Of a stretch of DNA of 64,000 nucleotides, positions 1 to 11,427 are shown one piece after another. The notes below the pieces were generated by a model. It searched no databases. It worked only from the letters and a program-made list of their open reading frames with translations, and had not been told where the DNA came from. The stretch's first letter is position 1; the number at the start of each line of letters is the position of its first letter. A program made the position numbers and the translations under genes. The stretch spans positions 160,001-224,000 of the forward strand of contig CBDBHB010000008.1 in the NCBI GenBank assembly GCA_965205505.1, read 5' to 3'. The DNA is from Acidobacteriota bacterium (GTDB taxonomy: Bacteria > Acidobacteriota > UBA890 > WLXD01).

Positions 1-943
1 CGTCAACGATGACCTCGAGATGGTGCTCCTCGCGGCCGTGATCGTCGACCACCAGCAGCTCGCCCACCCGGCTGACACGCGCCGGCTTGAGTGAATTGAT
101 GGCGTACTGGTCCGGATCCTCGGCCCACTCCACGATGTCGATCTTCTCGCCCCGCAGCTCGCGAATGATCGCCTGAACGCGCGAACCGCGCATGCCAACG
201 CAGGCCCCCACAGGATCGATATCGGCGTCCTTGGAGTAGACCGCAACCTTGGCACGATCGCCGCCCTCTCGCACAGCTCCCTTGATCGCCACCGTACCGT
301 CGTAGATCTCGGGCACTTCCATCTCGAAGAGGCGTCGCAAAAGCTTGGGGCTACTGCGTGAGACGACGATCTGCGGCCCCCGTGTGACGCGCAGCACTTC
401 GACGATTACCACGCGGATTCGATCGCTGATGTTGTAGTGCTCCGCGCGCGACTGTTCTCGCCGGGGCAGCAGCGCCTCCGCGCGTCCCAGATCGACGATC
501 ATGTCACCACGCTCAAAGCGCTTGACAGTTCCGGTGAGCAACTCACCGATCCGATCGCTGTACTCAGCGTGAATGTTGTCGCGTTCGGCGTCGCGGACTT
601 TTTGATAGAGAACTTGCTTGGCGGCCTGCGCCGCAATTCGGCCAAGCTGGTCGGTGGACATCGACGTACGCATCTGCGCGCCGATCTGTGGATCTTCCAT
701 ACCCTCCTGGCGTGCGTTCTCGACGGTGATCTCCGAGCACGGGTCTTCCACCTCCTCGACCACGGTCTTGACCGCGTGTAGCTCGACCACTCCGGTCTCG
801 GGGTTGAGCTCCGCCTCGAGGTAGTCCTCGGTGCGATAGAACTTCTGCGCCGCTACCGCCATCGCTTCTTCGATCGCGGCCACGATGATCTTGGGCTCGA
901 TGTTCTTCTCTCGGCCAATCTGTTCGATCGTTTGGAGCAGCAT
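1..943 (-). CDS. nusA: Transcription termination/antitermination factor NusA (3' end beyond window)
   Basis: Reverse strand reads MLLQTIEQIGREKNIEP...AAQAAKQV...REGGDRAKVAV...DPVGACVGMRGSRVQAIIRELRGEKIDIV; lies downstream of rimP. Confidence 0.95.
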   Translation of the reverse strand, partial: MLLQTIEQIGREKNIEPKIIVAAIEEAMAVAAQKFYRTEDYLEAELNPETGVVELHAVKTVVEEVEDPCSEITVENARQEGMEDPQIGAQMRTSMSTDQLGRIAAQAAKQVLYQKVRDAERDNIHAEYSDRIGELLTGTVKRFERGDMIVDLGRAEALLPRREQSRAEHYNISDRIRVVIVEVLRVTRGPQIVVSRSSPKLLRRLFEMEVPEIYDGTVAIKGAVREGGDRAKVAVYSKDADIDPVGACVGMRGSRVQAIIRELRGEKIDIVEWAEDPDQYAINSLKPARVSRVGELLVVDDHGREEHHLEVIVD

Positions 944-965
944 CTATCCGCTCTCCTCGCCCAAC

Positions 966-1496
966 TCAGATCTCACCTTCCAGGCACGCCTCGGTCACCC
1001 GCTTGAGCGGTATCTCGAGTCGTCCTTGGGCGTCATCGTCGAGCAGAATGGTGCCGTGCTGCAGGCCACGAAGGAGGCCCCGATGCAAATGTTCGCCGTC
1101 CGGCTCCCCAGCCAGTATCCGCACCCTGTGCCCGGCGTATCGGCGAAAGTCTGCGGCAACGAGCAACGGTCGATCGAGTCCCGGCGAAGAAACCTCCAGT
1201 CGGTAAGCACCGGGCAGCAGGTCTTCGACGTCCAGAACGGCCGACAGCTGGCAGCTGACGCGGGCGCAGTGCTCAACGTTGACACCGCTCTCGCAATCAA
1301 TCACCACGCGCAGCATCCAACCGCCGCCCTCGAACAAGTGGCGCAGGTCGACCAGGGTGCAGCCCTCGCGTCGCGCGATGCGCTCCGCATGCGGCCGAAC
1401 CAGCTCGGCGACGCCGCCGGAAGACACTTTCTCTTCCGGCCTCCGGCTCAATCGAGCGTCGCTTTGCTGTGTTTCCTGGGTCGCGGACGTTGCCAA
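966..1496 (-). CDS. rimP: Ribosome maturation factor RimP
   Basis: Motifs LRVVID..GVNVEHCARVS and YRLEVSSPGLDRPL; likely TTG start at 1496 after a G-run; the ORF-track start at 1712 is too long. Confidence 0.92.
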   Translation of the reverse strand: MATSATQETQQSDARLSRRPEEKVSSGGVAELVRPHAERIARREGCTLVDLRHLFEGGGWMLRVVIDCESGVNVEHCARVSCQLSAVLDVEDLLPGAYRLEVSSPGLDRPLLVAADFRRYAGHRVRILAGEPDGEHLHRGLLRGLQHGTILLDDDAQGRLEIPLKRVTEACLEGEI

Positions 1497-1509
1497 AAAA
1501 CCCCCTAAC

Positions 1510-1540
1510 AAAAAAAAGGGCGGGCGCTGGGGCCCACCTC
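1510..1540 (-). promoter_or_regulatory. rimP leader attenuator/terminator hairpin
   Basis: Minus strand GGTGGGC-CCCAGC-GCCCGCC followed by a T8 tract just upstream of rimP; matches the known GGGC...GCCC rimP leader pattern. Confidence 0.75.
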
Positions 1541-1731
1541 TCCGAGGTCCCGAATTAGTGAAACCGTAACAAAAATGGTGGGCACCTTCAACGAGCCCTC
1601 GCGCCGGCGCGCCGGCGCGAGGGGATTCCAGCGACCTGTTAGTGTCCCTGACGGGATTCCGTCCATACTTCTTGTCGGGCCAGCGGAGGGTCCGTAGGCA
1701 GCGAGAAGGCACCCCAGTTCGAGGCTCATCG

Positions 1732-2904
1732 ATGCCGCCGTATTCCCTCCTTCGCGATCTGACCTGCAGCCGGTGCGCTTCGTCGCACGATGCCGATCTG
1801 CTCCAGAGGTTCTGTACCAGCTGCGGCGGTCCCCTGTATCCGCGCTACGAGCTCGACGCCAGCCGAGTGGCTTGGAACAACGAGACACTGGCAAGCCGGC
1901 CGTGGAACCTATGGCGGTACGCTGAGCTCTTGCCCGTGCGGGCACCGGAGCACCGCCTGAGCCTAGGCGAGGGCGGTACCCCCCTGTTGTCGGCAGAGCG
2001 ACTCGGCGAACAACTCGGCCTACGCCGTCTGTTGCTGAAGGACGAGGGTGTCAACCCGACCGGTTCCTTCAAGGCCCGTGGTCTATGCATCGCCGTGAGT
2101 CGCGCACGCGAGCTCGGTGCCCGAACGCTGTCGATCCCCACAGCGGGCAACGCGGGCAGCGCCCTGGCCGCCTACTGCGCCCGCGGCGGGCTCAAAGCGA
2201 TCGTCTACATGCCTGTCGACACACCGCGAGAGTTCGTCGTTGAGTGCCGCGATCTCGGGGCGCAGGTAGTGATGGTCGAAGGCACCATTGCCGATGCTGG
2301 TGCGCGGATGGCGGCCGACGCGGCGGACGGCTGGTTCCCGGTAAGCACTTTGCAGGAGCCCTACCGACTCGAGGGTAAGAAAACGCTGGGCTTCGAGCTC
2401 GCCGAGCAGTTGGGCTGGCAGCTGCCGGAGAGCATCGTCTACCCCACCGGAGGTGGCACCGGCCTGCTCGGCATGTGGAAGGCTTTCGACGAGCTCGAGG
2501 CGTTGGGCTTGATCGGCTCGCAGAGGCCCCGAATGTACACCGTTCAGGCGGAGGATTGTGCACCCATAGTGCGGGCATTCGAAGCCGGCGATGCTGGCGC
2601 CGAGCCCTGGGCCGATGCCCAGACCGTAGCCAACGGACTCCGCGTTCCTCGTGCGTTCGCGGATCGAGAGATCCTCGCTGTGCTGCGCGATTCTGGCGGC
2701 GATGCGATCACGGTGTCGGATGAGGCGATGCTAGACATGCTGCGCATGGCCGCGCGCTTGGAGGGCATCTACGCCGCTCCTGAGGCCGCAGCTACGCTGG
2801 TGGCAGCGGCTGAGCTGGCGCAGCAGGGCCGACTTGACGGCGACGGGCGCGTCGTCTGCTTCCTCACCGGCAACGCATATAAGTACCTGTCGTCGCTTGG
2901 CTAG
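1732..2904 (+). CDS. thrC: Threonine synthase (PLP)
   Basis: CxxC..CxxC N-terminus, NPTGSFKARG, TAGNAG, YPTGGGTG; ATG at 1732. Confidence 0.85.
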   Translation: MPPYSLLRDLTCSRCASSHDADLLQRFCTSCGGPLYPRYELDASRVAWNNETLASRPWNLWRYAELLPVRAPEHRLSLGEGGTPLLSAERLGEQLGLRRLLLKDEGVNPTGSFKARGLCIAVSRARELGARTLSIPTAGNAGSALAAYCARGGLKAIVYMPVDTPREFVVECRDLGAQVVMVEGTIADAGARMAADAADGWFPVSTLQEPYRLEGKKTLGFELAEQLGWQLPESIVYPTGGGTGLLGMWKAFDELEALGLIGSQRPRMYTVQAEDCAPIVRAFEAGDAGAEPWADAQTVANGLRVPRAFADREILAVLRDSGGDAITVSDEAMLDMLRMAARLEGIYAAPEAAATLVAAAELAQQGRLDGDGRVVCFLTGNAYKYLSSLG

Positions 2905-2936
2905 TAGCAGGCCATGGTGGAAGTGTGTCGGGCCTG
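2904..2936. repeat. Degenerate copy of mini-element family B
   Basis: GTAGCAGGCCATGGTGGAAGTGTG..GGCCTG; near-identical to 17799-17831 and 60832-60864; directly after the thrC TAG. Confidence 0.75.
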
Positions 2937-2969
2937 GCTGTGGCAACCTGGGGTCAGATTCGAGGCGAC

Positions 2970-3013
2970 CTCGGTCGCGCTCGCCACAATATGCAACAGA
3001 TTCCTGACTCAGG
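2970..3013. mobile_element. Degenerate end of MITE family A
   Basis: CTCGGTCGCGCTCGCCACAATATGCAAC matches the reverse complement of the 39709 MITE left end at 26/28; followed by CTGACTCAGG. Confidence 0.7.
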
Positions 3014-3105
3014 TCGCGAGTAGGCCCCAAGGGGGAGTGTCGCTGCAGCCCAAGGGGCAATATGATGGTCGCTATCCGGTCTCGAAAAATCGCCGTGAGG
3101 GAATT

Positions 3106-3321
3106 ATGTTCGGCTCGATCGGGGGCACTGAGCTGCTCATCATCCTGGTGATCGCGCTCGTGGTGTTCGGCCCGAAGCGTCTGCCGGAGCTGGGGCGCAC
3201 GATTGGCAAGGGCCTGAGTGAGTTCCGACGAGCCTCGAACGACCTGAAACGCTCGCTTGAAGATGAGATCACGCTCGATGAGCAGCGCAGCGAGCGGCCG
3301 GAATCTCGCGATACTGACTGA
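3106..3321 (+). CDS. tatA: Twin-arginine translocase TatA/TatB subunit
   Basis: MFGSIGGTELLIILVIALVVFGPKRLPELGRTIGKGLSEFRRA. Confidence 0.9.
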   Translation: MFGSIGGTELLIILVIALVVFGPKRLPELGRTIGKGLSEFRRASNDLKRSLEDEITLDEQRSERPESRDTD

Positions 3322-3362
3322 GCGAGTGGGCCGACTGAGCGAGTGGTCGGAGTAACTGCGCG

Positions 3363-4139
3363 GTGAGCGAGTCTGAAGGCGTAACGACGGCCGACGACCA
3401 GCCGGGAGCTGGCCGGAGCGAGGCGTTACCGGAAATGACGTTGCTCGGTCACCTGACCGAGCTCCGCCAACGCCTCATCGTCAGCTTGGTGACGTTCGTC
3501 ATCGGGATGGTTGTGTGCTGGGCGTTCGCGGCGGAAATCTACAGCATTCTGACCCGGCCGATCGTCGAGTTGCTCCCCGGCGACGAACGTCCCGCGTACC
3601 TTTCACTTACTGAGCCATTCATTCTCTATTTGAAAGTCGCCGCGCTATCGGGGTTCCTTGTCGCGTCCCCGGTGATCATCTACCAGGTTTGGATGTTCGT
3701 TGCGCCGGGACTGTACCGACGCGAGCGACACTACGCGTTTCCGGTCGTGCTGTCCTCGGTGGGGTGTTTCCTTTTGGGCGCCCTGTTCGGGTACCGCGTC
3801 CTCTTCCCGGTGATGGCCAACTTCTTCCTGTCGCTCGGTGGCGACTTCAGACCCGTACTGGCAGTGAACAACCTCTTCGGGTTCCTCACCCGCACCCTCC
3901 TTGGCTGCGCGCTTATTTTCCAGTGGCCGATCGTCGTGTTGTTTCTCGCGCGGCTGGGCATCCTGACGGCTGGAAGCATGTGGCGAAATTTCCGCTATGC
4001 GGTGCTCATCATCTTCGTCGTAGCGGCTGTAGTAACCCCGACCCCGGACATGGCGACCCAGACCATCCTGGCCTTGCCGATGCTGCTTCTATACGTCATC
4101 GGGATCGTGATCGCGTGGGCGGTAGCGCCGCGCAGCTGA
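3363..4139 (+). CDS. tatC: Twin-arginine translocase TatC
   Basis: MTLLGHLTELRQRL, QVWMFVAPGLY, AAVVTPTPD. Confidence 0.95.
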   Translation: MSESEGVTTADDQPGAGRSEALPEMTLLGHLTELRQRLIVSLVTFVIGMVVCWAFAAEIYSILTRPIVELLPGDERPAYLSLTEPFILYLKVAALSGFLVASPVIIYQVWMFVAPGLYRRERHYAFPVVLSSVGCFLLGALFGYRVLFPVMANFFLSLGGDFRPVLAVNNLFGFLTRTLLGCALIFQWPIVVLFLARLGILTAGSMWRNFRYAVLIIFVVAAVVTPTPDMATQTILALPMLLLYVIGIVIAWAVAPRS

Positions 4140-4141
4140 TC

Positions 4142-5851
4142 TCATACGCTGACGTCGTTGATCTCCAACTGAGCTGTGAGCCGCCCCTTCCACTTGCGCG
4201 CCCGCAACGTGGCTACCAGCGAGATCCGCTCAGCACCACGGAGCGATTCGGCGAGGTCAGCCCGCCGCCAGCCCACCGCCTCGATGTCGGCCTCCGGACC
4301 GCGAAAATGTAACTTCACGTGCTCCTCCTTGAGCAAGCGTGGAGGCGCAGCAAGACGGAGATCCCGGCACAAGAAGCGCGGGCGAGGGTTCCCGATGCCG
4401 AATGGTGCCAGCCGTTCCAGCTCGAGTGCGAGCGCCGACGTAATGTTCTCCGGCTGCAGTTCAGCATCGCATGTGAGGGTGGAGCGAAGCGCCTCTGGAT
4501 CCTGGCGATCAGCATGCTCGATGAGGCTGGCGCGTAGCGCATCCAACTGATTCGCCGGAAGGTGGAATCCGGCGGCCTGGTGATGCCCGCCGAACGCCGT
4601 GAGATGTTGTGCCGCCGCTTGCAGAGCCGCCACCATGTTGAAGCCGGGAACCGATCGGGCCGAGCCATGCGCGGAGTCGCCGTCCGTCGAGATCACCAGC
4701 GCCGGCCGACCGAAGCGTTCCACCAGCCGTGACGCGACGATTCCGATTACGCCGCGATGCCAGCCGTCGCCACTGACCACGGTGATCGGATCCTCGCCCT
4801 TACATACGGCAGCAGCTTCGGCATACACGCCACGCTCCGTTTCTTGGCGGAGGGCGTTGAGCCGCTGCAACTTGCCGGCAAGCCTCCGGGCACGGCCGGG
4901 ATCCGCGGTTAGAAACATCTCGGCAGCGTCGTTCGGATGTGCTAGCCGGCCGGCCGCGTTAATCCGCGGCGCCAGGCGAAAGGCAATGTCAGAGGCGCTT
5001 ACCCGCCGTGCGTCGACGCCCGCCACGTCCATCAGCGCCTTCAACCCAGGATTGGTCGCGCTGGCAAGACCCGCAAGACCGTGGAGCGCCATGACCCGGT
5101 TCTCTCCGCGCAGCGGCACCAGGTCGGCGACCGTTCCGAGGGCAACGAGCTTCAGCATCGAGATCCCGCTGAGCTGCGTGGGATGCCGCTCGAGCAGCCC
5201 GCGCGCCAGCTTGAAGGCCACGCCTACCGCCGCAACCTCCTGTTCCGGATAGCCCGAGTCGGGCAACCGCGGGTTCAACAGCGCAATCGCCTGCGGCAGC
5301 TCTGGCCGGGGCAAATGATGATCCACCACAATGACGTCGATCCCGAGCGTGCGCGCGTGCGTGCAAGCTTCGAAAGCCGTGATGCCACAATCCACAGCGA
5401 TGAGCACCGCGGCGCCCGCAGCGTGCGCCTTGTCGATGCCGCTCGGGTTGAGCCCATAACCGTCATCGATCCGATGAGGAAGAATGAGGTCCACCTCTCC
5501 ACCGAGATGACGTAGCACAGTCACCAGGAGGACCGCGCCCGTAATTCCGTCCACGTCGTAGTCGCCGTGTACGGCGATCCGCTCATCGTTGCGCAGCGCA
5601 GACATCAGTCGGTCGACCGCCGTTTCCATCTGGACGAAGGCAAACGGCGAGTGCAACTCGTCGAGCCCGGGCGCCAGAAAGCCTTCGGCGGCAGCGACCG
5701 TATCCAACCCACGTGCTACGAGCACTTGAGCGGTAATCGGGTGTAGCCCCAGCGCGGTTTCGATCTGGGCGGTGAGCGTGAGGTCCACATCACGCACCCG
5801 CCAGGGTTGCCGAGCCGCCAAGATGGGCGCGTCGACAGCCTGCCCTGTCAC
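4142..5851 (-). CDS. recJ: ssDNA exonuclease RecJ
   Basis: GDYDVDG, DHH, GTVADLVPL, PRINAAGRL, GSARS, GGH, LAPFGIGNPRP. Confidence 0.95.
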   Translation of the reverse strand: MTGQAVDAPILAARQPWRVRDVDLTLTAQIETALGLHPITAQVLVARGLDTVAAAEGFLAPGLDELHSPFAFVQMETAVDRLMSALRNDERIAVHGDYDVDGITGAVLLVTVLRHLGGEVDLILPHRIDDGYGLNPSGIDKAHAAGAAVLIAVDCGITAFEACTHARTLGIDVIVVDHHLPRPELPQAIALLNPRLPDSGYPEQEVAAVGVAFKLARGLLERHPTQLSGISMLKLVALGTVADLVPLRGENRVMALHGLAGLASATNPGLKALMDVAGVDARRVSASDIAFRLAPRINAAGRLAHPNDAAEMFLTADPGRARRLAGKLQRLNALRQETERGVYAEAAAVCKGEDPITVVSGDGWHRGVIGIVASRLVERFGRPALVISTDGDSAHGSARSVPGFNMVAALQAAAQHLTAFGGHHQAAGFHLPANQLDALRASLIEHADRQDPEALRSTLTCDAELQPENITSALALELERLAPFGIGNPRPRFLCRDLRLAAPPRLLKEEHVKLHFRGPEADIEAVGWRRADLAESLRGAERISLVATLRARKWKGRLTAQLEINDVSV

Positions 5852-6801
5852 TGGGACGCGAAGGTCCCCATAGCCCGGTACTTGTGATACCGCTGTTCCA
5901 GCATCGTGTCGATATCCAGCGCATCGAGCTCCACGAGCTGCCGACGCAACACATCACCCACGCTGGCGACGGCGGCCGCGTGGTCGGCGTGTGCACCGCC
6001 GATCGGCTCGCTGATTATCTCGTCGACGATTTCCATCTCGACGAGATCCGGGGCGGTCAGGCGTAGCGCGTCGGCGGCCGATTCGGCGTGCTCGCCGTCA
6101 CGCCACAGTATCGACGAGCACGACTCGGGCGAGATCACCGAGTAAACAGCGTGCTCCAGCATGCTGACTCGATCCGCCACACCGATAGCAAGGGCCCCGC
6201 CGCTGCCGCCTTCACCGATGACCGTGGCGATGATTGGTACGCGCAGGCCCGCCATCTCACGCAGATTCATGGCGATCGACTCGGCTACGCCACGCTCCTC
6301 GGCGCCGGAGCCCGGATACGCACCGGGCGTGTCGATGAAGGTAAGCACCGGGTTTCCGAACTTCTCTGCCAACCGCATCACCCGCAGCGCCTTGCGATAA
6401 CCCTCGGGGTTGGGCATTCCGAAGTTGCGGTGCAGCTTCTCCTTGGTGCTACGTCCCTTTTGGTGCCCCACCACCGCCACGGGCCGCCCCTCGAACGAGG
6501 CCAGGCCGGCGACCATCGCCGCGTCGTCGCGAAAGAGCCGATCGCCATGCAACTCGACGAAGTCGCGGCATAGGCCCCCTATGTAATCGAGCGTATGAGG
6601 TCGCTTGGGGTGGCGAGCCACGAGCGTCGTCTGCCAGCGACTGAGATTCGCGTAGACCTCCTGCCGAGTACTGTCAAGCTTCTCCTCTAGTCGTTGCAGC
6701 CTGACGTCACGCTGCATCGATTCCGGGTATCCCTGCAGCGCCGCGATCTGCTGCTCAAGATCGCGAATCGGCTTCTCTAGCTCCTCTGCCTTTCGCAACA
6801 T
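5848..6801 (-). CDS. accA: Acetyl-CoA carboxylase carboxyltransferase alpha
   Basis: ARHPKRP, NFGMPNPEGYRKALR, IDTPGAYPG, GEGGSGGALA. Confidence 0.97.
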   Translation of the reverse strand: MLRKAEELEKPIRDLEQQIAALQGYPESMQRDVRLQRLEEKLDSTRQEVYANLSRWQTTLVARHPKRPHTLDYIGGLCRDFVELHGDRLFRDDAAMVAGLASFEGRPVAVVGHQKGRSTKEKLHRNFGMPNPEGYRKALRVMRLAEKFGNPVLTFIDTPGAYPGSGAEERGVAESIAMNLREMAGLRVPIIATVIGEGGSGGALAIGVADRVSMLEHAVYSVISPESCSSILWRDGEHAESAADALRLTAPDLVEMEIVDEIISEPIGGAHADHAAAVASVGDVLRRQLVELDALDIDTMLEQRYHKYRAMGTFASQ

Positions 6802-6848
6802 GGCGCAAGACTAGCACGGCCTCATCAACCCGCTGCCGGCCAGGCACG

Positions 6849-7411
6849 CTACCGGGATTCAGGGGGTCGGGGATGAAACACACGCCCTACGGCGCCCATC
6901 AGAGCAACGATCCACCCCCCTATTGCTCCCCACCGACCGGCGCCCGCACGCCGCGTCGGCTCGACCCGGTGGAGCCGCTCCACGGCATTTGCGACCGCTC
7001 GTTCGCTGAGCTCGTCGAGAAACCCGTCGAACACTTCGACGGCCTCGCCACTCCAGCCCTCCAGCGCCACGTAACTTCGCGCCTCGGTTCTCCACTGCGC
7101 TGCGACGTCGTCGATCCAGGTCAGCAACGACGGCAGCTCGGGCCCCGGGGGCGGGCCGCCCTCGCACCGAATACGCGCCCATACCTTGAGGATCTCAGTG
7201 AGCTCGGTCGCGAGGTTACCAGCCAGCGCCTTGGCGCAGTGTGCGTCGTCATCGAACAGTGGTGCCAGCGAGCCCATGCTTCGGCGCCAGTCGCCCTGTC
7301 GTTGTCCGATACGCTGACGTAGACGCCGAAACTGCTCTTCCTGCTCGCCCACGAGTCCGGAATGCGCCGGAATGGCCCGCAACAGGGTCTCGATTCGTTC
7401 GGCGTCGTCGG

Positions 7412-7415
<4 letters not shown>
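6849..7415 (-). CDS. Hypothetical protein, helical, with a C-terminal hydrophobic segment
   Basis: Fills the dnaE-accA gap; GTG at 7415 overlaps the dnaE TGA (GTGA); no family recognised. Confidence 0.6.
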
Positions 7416-10975
<3,560 letters not shown>

Positions 10976-10988
10976 CCGCGCCACTCGA

Positions 10989-11156
10989 TTATTCCCATTC
11001 AATCGTTGCCGGGGGCTTTGTGGAAATGTCGTAGACGACTCGGTTGACGCCTTCGACTTCGTTGACGATGCGCGACCCCGCCCGCTGCAGTACGTCATGG
11101 GGAAGCGGGGCCCAATCCGCAGTCATACCATCTACTGAATTCACTGCTCGCAGGAT
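10989..11156 (-). pseudogene. guaA: 3'-terminal fragment (about 55 codons) of GMP synthase
   Basis: [15 protein letters not shown]...[27 protein letters not shown] is the conserved GuaA C-terminus; the rest of the gene is absent. Confidence 0.9.
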
Positions 11157-11167
11157 TCGCTGTCTGC

Positions 11168-11406
11168 TCACCTGAGGTTGTCCTCGAACAGCTTCAGAAT
11201 ACGGCGGTACTCATCGGCCCACGATGCCGGCTCTACGGACCGGTGACTCTCGACCGGGTACAGCGCCACCTCCCAGTTCTCCTTGCCAGGCTCGACCAGC
11301 CGCTGGGCTAACCGCGCTACCCTCTGAAAGTGGACGTTCGCATCGATGACGCTATGACAGACAGCAGTGGGTCTTGGAGCCCCTCCGCGAAGTATATGGG
11401 TGACCA
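11168..11406 (-). pseudogene. Frameshifted C-terminal remnant of an S9 (prolyl oligopeptidase) family peptidase
   Basis: SPIYFAEGLQDPLL, frameshift near 11360, then CHSVIDANVHFQ..RLAQRL...[19 protein letters not shown]. Confidence 0.8.
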
Positions 11407-11427
11407 GTCCATCCTGTCGTACACAGC

